The translations under genes and the position numbers were made by a program. DNA of 63,982 nucleotides, counting the filler, from an uncultured bacterium (lineage in GTDB: Bacteria > Auribacterota > CAZIXI01): the NCBI GenBank assembly GCA_964543115.1. It is 8 parts of 8 records of this genome, joined end to end, with 100 filler letters (N's around TTAATTAATTAA, not from the genome) between each part and the next. Parts side by side here need not be neighbours in the genome. Positions count along the whole stretch, not along the records: positions 26,512 to 35,139 come from CAZIXI010000148.1; positions 35,240 to 43,814 come from CAZIXI010000149.1; 6 more parts are not named here. One strand, written 5' to 3'. The number at the start of each line of letters is the position of its first letter. Position 1 is the stretch's first letter. This document shows, in pieces, positions 31,508 through 40,485 of this stretch. Under the pieces are notes generated by a model. That model saw only the letters and a list, made by a program, of their open reading frames with translations. It was not told the DNA's origin and did no database searches.

Positions 31508-32065
31508 ATGAAAAAAATAAAGCATAAGGTTGATCACAAGGTGCACCATAAGGTAGTAGCGGAATTTAGTCCGGTAGATTTTTATGCGCGGTATCAGAAA
31601 TTAATCATCGGGGTAGTAATCAGTATTGTCCTGGTAATTGTCGGTACTACTGCTGTATTGCTTTGGTTTCGCAGCCAGGAGCGGGAGGCAAATATAGCTC
31701 TCACGCAAGCAGTTAGCAGTGAAGATCTGGACACAATCATTAAAAGATTCCCGCACACGAAGATGAAACCTGTTGCCATGATCGAATGGGCGGCAGACCT
31801 CTATCAGCAGGGCAGCTATACTCAGGCCCAGACAGTCTACCGGCAGTTTGCCAAAGGGTATGCCAGCCATCCTCTGCTTCCGGCCGCACTGGCAGGAGAG
31901 GCATATTGCTATGAATCATTAGGTGATTATGTCAAGGCAGAAGACCTTTTCAGAAAAATATCCCGGGATTATCCGCAAACCATTTGGGGAGAAGAGGCTA
32001 CAGAGGGAGCCGCCAGAATAGCTCAATTTGGGGAGAAAATTGTTGACAGAAAAAAAGAATTATGA
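31508..32065 (+). CDS. Membrane-anchored TPR protein (YfgM-like)
   Basis: Single TM segment LIIGVVISIVLVIVGTTAVLLWF followed by TPR-like helices (LYQQGSYTQA, YCYESLGDYVKA). Confidence 0.75.
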   Translation: MKKIKHKVDHKVHHKVVAEFSPVDFYARYQKLIIGVVISIVLVIVGTTAVLLWFRSQEREANIALTQAVSSEDLDTIIKRFPHTKMKPVAMIEWAADLYQQGSYTQAQTVYRQFAKGYASHPLLPAALAGEAYCYESLGDYVKAEDLFRKISRDYPQTIWGEEATEGAARIAQFGEKIVDRKKEL

Positions 32066-32071
32066 TAGTAT
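32043..32071 (+). promoter_or_regulatory. Putative sigma70 promoter for the porin gene
   Basis: TTGACA, 17 nt, then TAGTAT with upstream TG. Confidence 0.5.
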
Positions 32072-32352
32072 GTCCCCGAGCAGTTTTAAGGCTCATTTTG
32101 TGTAAGATTTTAGCTGCAGCCTATTAATTTAGGTTGTTCTTTGATTTTCTTTTAGCGTTCTTAATACTGCCTTAGCCTTAAAAAGGGGCGAAAAGGAGGT
32201 GAGAAATTTTAAGTCCAGAAGGCGTAACTCGTAGGCGGTATTATAATAGATTGGCGAATTTAAACAGCATTCAAGTTGGATATTAAAATTTAATATTCAA
32301 TTTTGGATGTCCTGTTCTTTTAAAAATAGATGAAGTTTAAGGAGGATTTACA

Positions 32353-33651
32353 ATGAAGAAACTAGTAGTACTCTTTGCATTCGCATTACTTATTGCCTTT
32401 ACTACTGGTGCCATTGCTGAAGTCCAGAACGTTAAGGTTGGTGGAGATATTAGGATCAGACCTTTGTACCAGAACAATATCACCACGCTAAACAGCAGCA
32501 ACAACCAAGATGATTATGGATATATTGAGCAGCGGACCAGAGTAATTGTTGAAGCAGATTTAACTGATAACGTAGCCGTAGCAGCCACCATCGAAGCTGA
32601 AAGTGGCTGGGGTCGTCCGGAAACCGTATACAGCGCCATTCCTGGTATTGATGTACGGAAAGAATGGACTGCCGGTTTCAGCGAAGCATGGGTTCAGCTG
32701 AGTGAGCTTTACTACACTCCGTTGACTGTAAAGCTTGGCCGCCAGTACCTGAACTATGGTACCGGTTTTGTTATCAGCTCCAAGGAATATGAGAACAATT
32801 TTGACGCCGTACGGGCGATTCTCAATTTTGATCCTTGGACGATTGATATTGTTTACTCCAAGATGGTCGAGACTCTTGGTTACAGCCCGCTGGATGCAGC
32901 TATTGGTAAGACTTCCGTAACCAATGCGGATAATGATATCGACCTGTGGGGCGGCAACGTCCGTTATGCAGCGGATACTTGGACCCTGGAAGGTTACATT
33001 TGGGGTCAGGTAGACCACGGTTACGAATTAGCTGATGGTACCAAGCCAAAATTGAAACCAATCATTTTTGGTATTCGCGGTGATATTACCCCGATCGAAA
33101 ACCTTGATCTGTGGGGCGAACTCGCGTATGAAGATGGCAAGATTTTTGGCCAGAGTCTTGGTGCTTTCGGAGCAGATGTTGGTGGTACTTACACCTTTGC
33201 AGACGTTGCTTGGAGACCTACCATAGGCGCCGGCTGGACCTGGGGTGAAGGACATTCCAGCAAGGCTGACTTCTATGAATTCTATGAATATAACTATTAT
33301 GGTTATGCTTATAGTCCAATGGTCAGCAACATTCACATCATCAATGCCAATGTATCAGTTGAGCCGATCGAGAAACTGGCGTTGATTTTAGATTATTACC
33401 ACTACATCCAGGACAAGAAAAAAGCTATGATCCACGGCGATCCTACACAGGATAACGGCGGTGTCATGGCCATGACCAACGGCAGCAAGAAGACACTGGG
33501 TAATGAATTAGACCTGATCGCAGAATATGACTACACCGAAGATGTCAGCACCCAACTGTATCTTGCTTGGTTCTGGGCTGGAGACGCTTACAGCTCACCT
33601 GCAGATGATGATGCCTATGAAATTCGCGGCGAAATCATTGTCAGCTTCTAA
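32353..33651 (+). CDS. Outer-membrane beta-barrel, alginate-export (AlgE-like) family
   Basis: Signal peptide; NVKVGGDIRIR, EQRTRVIVEAD, TVKLGRQYLNYG, LGNELDL; C-terminal F; strong GGAGG RBS. Confidence 0.75.
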   Translation: MKKLVVLFAFALLIAFTTGAIAEVQNVKVGGDIRIRPLYQNNITTLNSSNNQDDYGYIEQRTRVIVEADLTDNVAVAATIEAESGWGRPETVYSAIPGIDVRKEWTAGFSEAWVQLSELYYTPLTVKLGRQYLNYGTGFVISSKEYENNFDAVRAILNFDPWTIDIVYSKMVETLGYSPLDAAIGKTSVTNADNDIDLWGGNVRYAADTWTLEGYIWGQVDHGYELADGTKPKLKPIIFGIRGDITPIENLDLWGELAYEDGKIFGQSLGAFGADVGGTYTFADVAWRPTIGAGWTWGEGHSSKADFYEFYEYNYYGYAYSPMVSNIHIINANVSVEPIEKLALILDYYHYIQDKKKAMIHGDPTQDNGGVMAMTNGSKKTLGNELDLIAEYDYTEDVSTQLYLAWFWAGDAYSSPADDDAYEIRGEIIVSF

Positions 33652-33670
33652 GTTGGTTTAAACAAGCTTC

Positions 33671-33713
33671 AAAGCCCTGTCTCCGCGCAACTGCGGGGGC
33701 AGGGCTTCTTTTT
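33671..33713 (+). terminator. Rho-independent terminator
   Basis: AAGCCCTGTCTCCGC-GCAACT-GCGGGGGCAGGGCTT followed by CTTTTT. Confidence 0.75.
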
Positions 33714-33785
33714 AGCTATTATGTGCTTTATTGCGAAACAGGATGGTAGTAATTAAACTTTAAAGGAAAACAAACTATTTCTGAT

Positions 33786-33841
33786 TTCGGATTTTAGATT
33801 GTGGAAAAAAAACCGAAATCCGCAATCCCAAATCCGAAATT
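33786..33841. repeat. Inverted heptamer arrays (TTCGGAT-like / AATCC(G/C)N)
   Basis: TTTCGGATTTTAGATTGTGG-A8-CCGAAATCCGCAATCCCAAATCCGAAAT. Confidence 0.6.
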
Positions 33842-33857
33842 GAAAAGGTGGTTGCTT

Positions 33858-34877
33858 ATGAGGAAAGTATTAATTTTAACTGTTATTTTTAGTTTTTGTT
33901 TTTGTGCGGCGGCGGCGGCCCAGCAGGTGGAGACAGTGGAAGTGAGTACAACGGAAATGACCACTGAGACAGTTGCGCCGGCAACACAATCCAAACCGCG
34001 GTTTGATATTGGAGTCGGCTACTGGTACACCTGGGCGAAAATGAATTATAGCGCCTTTGCCTCCAGTACGGATTCTTTTGGCGGGATTTATTACAAGAAA
34101 GGCGATAAAATTTCCGAATTGGACAATGATATAGACAGCGGGATGGTACTCATTAATGCCGATGCCTTTATCTGGTGGCGGTTTTACGTGGATGCCACTG
34201 TCGGCTGGGGTAGTTTTGACGGTGATCATGAAGATTCCGACTGGCTGCCGCAATGGAGTTCTGCCCTATATTCCTTTTCCAAATCAGATGCTGACGGTGA
34301 TGTCACGATGTGGAATGCCAATGGGTATTTGAGGCTGTTGGAAGAGCCCAATGATAAAGGCTACCTGGATTTTGCCCTGGGTTATTTTAGTTATAATGAC
34401 GATATTAAACATCTAAAGAACAGTACCCTGGTTATTTCTAACTACACGGTTGTTAATACACCGATAGTCGGGCATGATTCCTCAGACGAGTACAAATTTT
34501 ACGGTATCCGGCTGGGTGCCAGAGGAAAGATCCAATTGATTGACCGTTTAGCGGTTAAAGGGGCGGTAGGTATTTGTCCCTGGGCAGATATGGATAATCA
34601 CAAGTATTGGAACCTGCGGCAGGATTTTGGACCGCCGGCGGGGATGAAGGCCAGTATTGATGCCAGCGCGACAATCATAGATTTTAACATTGGCCTGGAA
34701 TTTAAGATCACCAAGTATATCTTTATTGAAGCGGGTTATAAGTATATTGATCTGGATTCCGATCAGGGTAATGATGATCGTACATGGGCCAGCGGCACCT
34801 CCATTACCTATAAAGATGCCGGAGAGGCAGACGGCCACCGCGGCGGTGTCTACGGTATGGGCCGGGTAAAATTCTAA
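33858..34877 (+). CDS. Omptin-like outer-membrane beta-barrel protein
   Basis: Signal peptide from ATG 33858; GDHEDSDW resembles the omptin G-x2-x-D-x-D-W motif; strands end GRVKF. Confidence 0.6.
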   Translation: MRKVLILTVIFSFCFCAAAAAQQVETVEVSTTEMTTETVAPATQSKPRFDIGVGYWYTWAKMNYSAFASSTDSFGGIYYKKGDKISELDNDIDSGMVLINADAFIWWRFYVDATVGWGSFDGDHEDSDWLPQWSSALYSFSKSDADGDVTMWNANGYLRLLEEPNDKGYLDFALGYFSYNDDIKHLKNSTLVISNYTVVNTPIVGHDSSDEYKFYGIRLGARGKIQLIDRLAVKGAVGICPWADMDNHKYWNLRQDFGPPAGMKASIDASATIIDFNIGLEFKITKYIFIEAGYKYIDLDSDQGNDDRTWASGTSITYKDAGEADGHRGGVYGMGRVKF

Positions 34878-34962
34878 AACGCGGATCCAACCCCGTTTTA
34901 TTAATTGAGTAGACGGGGCGGCGAAAAGCCCGCGCGGAGCTCAACGCGGATCAAACGCGGAC
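34877..34962. repeat. AACGCGGA nonamer-type microrepeats around a small hairpin
   Basis: AAACGCGGATC at 34877; AACGCGGATCAAACGCGGAC at about 34943-34962. Confidence 0.55.
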
Positions 34963-34964
34963 AT

Positions 34965-35007
34965 AAATCCCCTGTGGCTTTTGCTATTGAGTTACAGGGG
35001 ATTTTTC
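34965..35007 (+). terminator. Probable intrinsic terminator (possibly bidirectional)
   Basis: AAATCCCCTGT...ACAGGGGATTTTT. Confidence 0.6.
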
Positions 35008-35040
35008 TGCTATAATCTTGCTCAATATATAATACAAAAC

Positions 35041-35069
35041 TATAAACTATCAACCATCAACCATAAACC
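35041..35069. repeat. Heptamer array AAC(C/T)AT(C/A)
   Basis: TATAAACTATCAACCATCAACCATAAACC, abutting the next repeat. Confidence 0.65.
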
Positions 35070-35075
35070 GTTTAA

Positions 35076-35125
35076 CTGCCCCAGGCTTTGCCTGGGACTG
35101 CTGTTATTGGAATGGATATAAACTG
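35076..35125 (-). repeat. Dispersed spacer+hairpin repeat, intergenic copy
   Basis: Minus strand CAGTTTATATCCATTCCAATAACAGCAGTC-CCAGGC-AAA-GCCTGG-GGCAG. Confidence 0.85.
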
Positions 35126-35139
35126 GCCTGTAGTGTAAT

Positions 35140-35239
35140 NNNNNNNNNNNNNNNNNNNNNNNNNNNNNNNNNNNNNNNNNNNNTTAATTAATTAANNNNN
35201 NNNNNNNNNNNNNNNNNNNNNNNNNNNNNNNNNNNNNNN
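35140..35239. other. Artificial contig-joining spacer
   Basis: N44-TTAATTAATTAA-N44. Confidence 0.97.
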
Positions 35240-35241
35240 CG

Positions 35242-35757
35242 ACAAATGATAAAGAGGCGATGTTAATGCAGGCTAAAGAATTAGCAAGCTGGGCGGAGAA
35301 TATTGTTGTAAAAATTACTATTCATGGTCCCAACGGTGAATTGGATAATCTGGAAGTAGTTCACGAGCTGGGAACTAAACATGATATCCGTGTGAATGTT
35401 ACCGCAATGATGAGCGCGCAGCAGTGTTTGTTGGCTGCTCTAGCCGGGGCCACATATGTTTCTATGTTTGGCGGACGTGTTAATAATATGGGTTATAATG
35501 CGATTGAGGAGATAAAGAAATTAAGAAGACTGCTTAATGATTTCAATTTAAGGTCAAAGATACTGGTAGGGTCAACCAGAGAGGTTTTGAATGTTGTCGA
35601 ATGGCTGCATGCCGGTGCGCATGTTGTAACGGTTCTGCCGAAGTTATTGACGGGGATGATTGTCCATCCTTATACCAAAGAAACCGTGAAGATGTTCTTG
35701 GCCGATGCTGCCCGAACGGAGAGTGCCTATGAAAAAGTTGAATCAATCTCGTTATGA
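35242..35757 (+). CDS. Transaldolase/fructose-6-phosphate aldolase family protein (5'-truncated)
   Basis: NIVVKI (Schiff-base Lys), VNVTAMMS..Q..LAALAGATYVS.FGGR, GAHVVT. Confidence 0.85.
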   Translation, partial: TNDKEAMLMQAKELASWAENIVVKITIHGPNGELDNLEVVHELGTKHDIRVNVTAMMSAQQCLLAALAGATYVSMFGGRVNNMGYNAIEEIKKLRRLLNDFNLRSKILVGSTREVLNVVEWLHAGAHVVTVLPKLLTGMIVHPYTKETVKMFLADAARTESAYEKVESISL

Positions 35758-36544
35758 GTTGAAACAGAAACTGCGTAATCGTCAAAAGGTGTTTGCTGCC
35801 TGGACATCTTTAGCGCATCCTTCAATTTCTGAGATTTTTTCCAGAATGGGTGTTGATTTTGTGGGGATTGATGTTGAGCACAGCAGTATCAGCCAAGAGC
35901 AATCACAGCGAATCATTGCCGCCTGTCAGGCAAATGATACTCTCTGTCTGCCGCGGATTGCTAGTCATAATATGGAAATGATTAAACGCCTTTTAGATTC
36001 AGGCGCAGATGGTTTGATAATTCCAACGGTATCAACGCCTCAGCAGGTAGAAAAATTGATTTCCTGGAGCAAATATCCACCTCTAGGCAGTCGCGGGTAT
36101 GGTATTGCCCGAGGCCAGGGATATGGTTTTGATTTTGATGAATATGTAACAAGCTGGAATGAAGTTTCTTCATTAATTATCCAAATAGAGACTATAGCAG
36201 CTGTGGAAAATATCGACAAGATTCTGAAATATAAAGAGATAGATGGGGTGATGGTGGGGCCTTATGATATTGCCGGTTCTTTAGGCATTCCAGGGCAATT
36301 AGAGCATCCTCAGGTTGTGGAAGCTGGTAAGCGTGTGATAGACGCGTGTAGTCAGTATGGCAAATCCTGCGGCACACAGCTAAGTGACCCAAATATGGAA
36401 AATGTGGAAGAACAATTTGCCAGGGGATATACGTTTGTTGTGCTTGCTTCAGATATTTTCTTGTTGTGGAAATGGAGCGAGCGGATGAAAGGGATTATTA
36501 GTGATATGGTATCGGATAGATTAATTAACAGTAATGAAATTTAA
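35729..36544 (+). CDS. HpcH/HpaI class II pyruvate aldolase family protein
   Basis: DFVGIDVEHS, KRLLDSGADG, KYPPLGSRG, IQIET..AVENID.I, DGVMVGPYD. Confidence 0.88.
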   Translation: MKKLNQSRYELKQKLRNRQKVFAAWTSLAHPSISEIFSRMGVDFVGIDVEHSSISQEQSQRIIAACQANDTLCLPRIASHNMEMIKRLLDSGADGLIIPTVSTPQQVEKLISWSKYPPLGSRGYGIARGQGYGFDFDEYVTSWNEVSSLIIQIETIAAVENIDKILKYKEIDGVMVGPYDIAGSLGIPGQLEHPQVVEAGKRVIDACSQYGKSCGTQLSDPNMENVEEQFARGYTFVVLASDIFLLWKWSERMKGIISDMVSDRLINSNEI

Positions 36545-37172
36545 AACGATTATTCTTGATTTTGACGGGACGATTGTTGAGTCGGTAGGCATAAAAGATC
36601 AGGCATTTCGGGAATTGTTTAGAGGGTATCCTGAATGTCTGGACCGGATCATGGATTATCATCTCGCGCATAATGCCACTATTCGTTACGATAAATTTCA
36701 ATATATTACTGAAAACATATTAGGGCAGGTTTACACTGAGGAAGCAAAACAAAGATTAAGCGGGCAGTTTTCAGATTTAGTTTTTGAACGTATTGTTAAC
36801 TGTCCCTATGTTAATGGGGCCAGGGATTTTCTGGAATATTTTTGCAAAAAAGTGCCTCTTTATCTGGCTTCTGTTAATCCGGAGCTGGAATTAGAGAGGA
36901 TACTTGCCGGGAGAGGATTGAAAGCATATTTTAAAAAAGTATATAGTCATCCCAGCAAGAAAAAGGATGTTATCAGAGATATCATGGCCCTGGAAAACAT
37001 CTCTGCTGAAGAGGTTGTATTTATTGGGGATACACCGGAGGATTATCGTGCCGCTGCAGGCACCGGGGCTTTTTTTATCGGGCGGGACAGTGATAAATCA
37101 TTTTCTGGTGCTGATATTTTATTGTTTAAAGATTTTGCCGACATAACTACTTTTCTTAAACAGGAGATATAA
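36534..37172 (+). CDS. HAD-superfamily hydrolase (phosphatase)
   Basis: ILDFDGTIVES; VFIGDT..D. Confidence 0.9.
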   Translation: MKFKTIILDFDGTIVESVGIKDQAFRELFRGYPECLDRIMDYHLAHNATIRYDKFQYITENILGQVYTEEAKQRLSGQFSDLVFERIVNCPYVNGARDFLEYFCKKVPLYLASVNPELELERILAGRGLKAYFKKVYSHPSKKKDVIRDIMALENISAEEVVFIGDTPEDYRAAAGTGAFFIGRDSDKSFSGADILLFKDFADITTFLKQEI

Positions 37173-37173
37173 A

Positions 37174-37953
37174 ATGTCAGATTATCTGAAAGAATTATTT
37201 GGATTGGAAGGAAAAACCGCTGCAGTGATTGGCGGCGGAGGGTTTCTGTGTAGTGAGTTGGCGATTGGCTTATCCCGCGCCGGTGTGCGAGTGGCCTTAC
37301 TCGATAAGAATGAAAAGGAGCTTGAAAAGGTTGCCGGGAAAATTAGCAGTGAAGGGGGAAGGGTCATTTATTTTCCATTTAATGTCACTGGGAAAAAAAA
37401 TCATGAAGAGGCGCTAGGGAAAATATTACGGGAGTTCGGGGCGGTTGATATTTTGCTTAATGGTGCCGGCATTAATGAGCCAACGCCTTTTTTTGATATT
37501 TCTCTGGAAGAATGGAATGCGATACTAGAAGTACATCTGACCGGGATGTTTTTGGGCTGCCAGGTCTTCGGGAAGCATATGGTAAATAATCGGAAGGGGA
37601 CGGTTATTAATTTTTCTTCTGTATCAGCAGGTCCGCCATTATCCAAAGCATTTGCTTATTCTGTTGCCAAATCCGGAGTGAAGAATCTCACCCAGAACCT
37701 GGCCCGGGAATGGGCCGCAGACAATGTTCGGGTAAATGCCTTAAAACCGGGATTTTTTCCGACACAGTGGAGCATGGATAATTATATAACGCCTGAACGT
37801 CAACAGGCTATTTTGGGACACACCGCCATGAAGAGATATGGAAAGCCGGAAGAACTTATAGGTGTTGTATTATGGCTTTGTTCTGAATCGGCAAGTTTTG
37901 TTACTGGTGCAGAAATTGCTGTAGATGGCGGATTTACTTGTATGACACTTTGA
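37174..37953 (+). CDS. SDR oxidoreductase (gluconate 5-DH/KduD-like)
   Basis: VIGGGGFL, LLNGAG, YSVAK, VRVNALKPGFF. Confidence 0.88.
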   Translation: MSDYLKELFGLEGKTAAVIGGGGFLCSELAIGLSRAGVRVALLDKNEKELEKVAGKISSEGGRVIYFPFNVTGKKNHEEALGKILREFGAVDILLNGAGINEPTPFFDISLEEWNAILEVHLTGMFLGCQVFGKHMVNNRKGTVINFSSVSAGPPLSKAFAYSVAKSGVKNLTQNLAREWAADNVRVNALKPGFFPTQWSMDNYITPERQQAILGHTAMKRYGKPEELIGVVLWLCSESASFVTGAEIAVDGGFTCMTL

Positions 37954-37982
37954 TCTAGTTGAAATCAGGAGAGAATATCCAA

Positions 37983-38747
37983 ATGCAAAATAAATCTAAA
38001 GCTAAGACTGTTATCGTGACTGGTGGTAATCGCGGGATCGGGGAGTATATTACCCGGGCATTTTTTGCTGATGGTGCTCATGTTTTAATTGGTGCCCGTA
38101 AAGATACTGGTTTAGCAGAAAAGGCAGGGGCAAGAGTGCGTTTTCAGGAAGCTGATGTACGCAAAGAAGCAGACCATGTACAGTTGGTGAAAACCGCCCT
38201 GAAATGGACCGGCAGACTGGATGTGTATATAAATTGTGCCGGTTTTTCAGAATGGTGTCCGGCAGAGGAAGTAACTGAGGAATTCTGGAATAGAATGATT
38301 GATACAAATTTAAAGGGCACGTTTTGGGGTTGTAAAGTCGCTTCACTGTATTTAGCCAATGGTGGTTGTATAATTAATATTTCCAGCCTGGCAGGTAAGC
38401 GAGGGAGTGCTAATAATTCAGTTTATTGTGCCTCAAAATTTGGTGTAACTGGTCTTACTCAATCATTGGCCAAAGAGCTGGGGATTAAAGGGATACGGGT
38501 TAATGCGGTTTGTCCGGTATATATCCAGACTGCCGGTTTAATGGAGGCGCTTAAGGGCAAATATTCTCCTGCCGGGGGTAAAGATGTTGAAAGCTATCTG
38601 GAAAAATTTACTGTTCAGAATGCCAGCCTTGGCAGACTTCCTCTGGGAGAAGAAGTGGCTAAGGCCTGTTTGTTTATAGGCTCTGAAGAGGCAAGTGCTA
38701 TTACTGGACAGTGTATCAATGTTGATTGTGGAGTAATGCCACAATAA
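37983..38747 (+). CDS. SDR oxidoreductase (polyol/sorbitol-6-phosphate DH-like)
   Basis: VTGGNRGIG, INCAG, NNSVYCASKFG, VNAVCP. Confidence 0.85.
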   Translation: MQNKSKAKTVIVTGGNRGIGEYITRAFFADGAHVLIGARKDTGLAEKAGARVRFQEADVRKEADHVQLVKTALKWTGRLDVYINCAGFSEWCPAEEVTEEFWNRMIDTNLKGTFWGCKVASLYLANGGCIINISSLAGKRGSANNSVYCASKFGVTGLTQSLAKELGIKGIRVNAVCPVYIQTAGLMEALKGKYSPAGGKDVESYLEKFTVQNASLGRLPLGEEVAKACLFIGSEEASAITGQCINVDCGVMPQ

Positions 38748-38768
38748 AAGAAGGTAAAAGGATTGTAT

Positions 38769-39551
38769 ATGAATAAGAAAAAAGTTGTCGCCATAATACC
38801 GGCCAGAATGGCTGCTTCCCGTTTTCCCGGTAAGCCATTAGCTAAGATCATGGGGCTTCCGATGATTGAGCATGTGCGGCGGCGTGTCTGTTTGGCTGAT
38901 ATTCTGGATGATGTATTTGTGGCTACCTGTGACAACGAAATTAAAGAAGTTGTCCAGCAATATGGTGGTAAAGCAATCATGACGGCAAAGACCCATGAGC
39001 GCTGTACTGATCGTATTGAAGAAGCGGCACGGGAAATGTCTGTGGACATTGTAGTAATTGTGCAAGGGGATGAACCCCTTTTTGATCCTGCTGTTATTGA
39101 GGTTTTGGTGCGGCCGATGTTGGAGAATGACAGCATTCAATGTACAAATTTATTATCACTGATTTCTGAGATAAATGACTTAGCGGATGTAGATATTGTC
39201 AAAGCTGTTGTTGATAGTGAAAATTATGTTATGTATTATTCCCGGGCGCCCATTCCTTATTTCAGGGTAAAAAACGATTGCCCGATATACCGCCAGACAG
39301 GAATTTCAGCTTTCCGGAAAGATTTTTTGGGGCAATTTTCTAATTTAGCTCCAACGGTGAAAGAGATTACTGAATCAATAGATTTTTTAAGAATACTGGA
39401 ACATCGTCATTCAATTCTTGGAGTTATCTATCCGCAAAAGACTGTTGGCGTGGATAGAGCAAGTAACATAGAGGAGGTTGAGAAAATTCTACGTGAAGAT
39501 CAAGTCCAGCAGGATTTTTATCAGAAAATAATGGGAATGGTAAGGTGTTGA
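38769..39551 (+). CDS. KdsB-like CMP-ulosonate synthetase (cytidylyltransferase), paralog 1
   Basis: IIPARMAASRFPGKPL, VATCD, H..CTDRI, VQGDEP, YYSRAPIP, ESIDFLRILE. Confidence 0.85.
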   Translation: MNKKKVVAIIPARMAASRFPGKPLAKIMGLPMIEHVRRRVCLADILDDVFVATCDNEIKEVVQQYGGKAIMTAKTHERCTDRIEEAAREMSVDIVVIVQGDEPLFDPAVIEVLVRPMLENDSIQCTNLLSLISEINDLADVDIVKAVVDSENYVMYYSRAPIPYFRVKNDCPIYRQTGISAFRKDFLGQFSNLAPTVKEITESIDFLRILEHRHSILGVIYPQKTVGVDRASNIEEVEKILREDQVQQDFYQKIMGMVRC

Positions 39552-39552
39552 T

Positions 39553-40479
39553 ATGGGAGAAAAAGTACTTGTGGCCTTATCCACATTTGCCCGATACGGC
39601 GATAAACCGCTTAAGCTCTTAGAAGAGAGTGGTTTATCGCATTTTATTAACCCGTTAAAGAGGAGATTGGTGCCTGCTGAAATAATAGAAATGGGCCGGG
39701 AATGTGCAGGTGTCATTGCCGGTGTTGAACCATATGATAATAATGTTTTAGATAATATGCCGAATCTCCGTTGTATCTCCAGATGCGGTGTGGGGATAGA
39801 TAATATATCACTTGAGAAAGCTAAGGATAGAGGCATTGCTATTTTCAATACTCCTGATGTAGTGGTTCAGCCAGTAGCGGAATTGGCAGTGGGGATGATG
39901 TTTGATTTAGTAAAAAGACTATCCTGGTATACGGCTTTATTGAAATCCGGTCAGTGGCAGAAAAAGGCGGGCAATCTTTTAGTCGATAAGAAGGTAGGGA
40001 TACTTGGTTTGGGTAGAATTGGAAAGAGAACGGCGGAGATTATGGCCAAGCTGGGTGCTGAAGTATACGGAACTGACATTATGCCAGATATGGGATGGGC
40101 AAAACGTACAGGAGTTAAAATAGTTTCTTGTGATGAACTATTACGGATAGCAGATATTTTCAGTATACACCTGTCGTTTAGTGAAGATAATCCTTTTCGT
40201 TTAGATGAGAAAAAAATATCACAGATGAAAAAAGATGCCCTGGTTATTAATGTCGCCCGTGGTAAGTTTATAGATGAAGATGCCCTGTATCATGCTTTGG
40301 CAAAAGGACATCTTGGGGGTGCGGCTCTGGATGTTTTTTCTGTCGAGCCTTATGCCGGGGAGCTCTGTCAGCTTGAAAATGTAGTGGTGACTCCTCATGT
40401 GGCTACTTTAACCAAAGAGTCCCGGTTGCAAATGGAAACGGAAGCAGCGGCTAATTTAATAAATTTTTTTAAGGAGTGA
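39553..40479 (+). CDS. D-isomer 2-hydroxyacid dehydrogenase (SerA-like, no ACT domain)
   Basis: ISRCGVGIDNI, VGILGLGRIG, INVARG, LDVFSVEP, VTPHVA. Confidence 0.9.
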   Translation: MGEKVLVALSTFARYGDKPLKLLEESGLSHFINPLKRRLVPAEIIEMGRECAGVIAGVEPYDNNVLDNMPNLRCISRCGVGIDNISLEKAKDRGIAIFNTPDVVVQPVAELAVGMMFDLVKRLSWYTALLKSGQWQKKAGNLLVDKKVGILGLGRIGKRTAEIMAKLGAEVYGTDIMPDMGWAKRTGVKIVSCDELLRIADIFSIHLSFSEDNPFRLDEKKISQMKKDALVINVARGKFIDEDALYHALAKGHLGGAALDVFSVEPYAGELCQLENVVVTPHVATLTKESRLQMETEAAANLINFFKE

Positions 40480-40485
40480 GAAGAA

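Noticed and set aside
31388..31510. tRNA-Arg as an integration site for an island
   Set aside because: No integrase and no duplicated tRNA 3' end; flanking genes look like core envelope genes.
32180..32235. AAGGAGGTGA in the porin leader as a uORF or riboswitch
   Set aside because: Spacing to the GTG is too short, the 11-codon ORF is uninformative, and I recognised no known riboswitch consensus.
33801..33857. N-terminal extension MEKKPKSAIPNPKLKR of the omptin-like ORF
   Set aside because: It is a translation of the heptamer repeat array; ATG 33858 gives a normal signal peptide.
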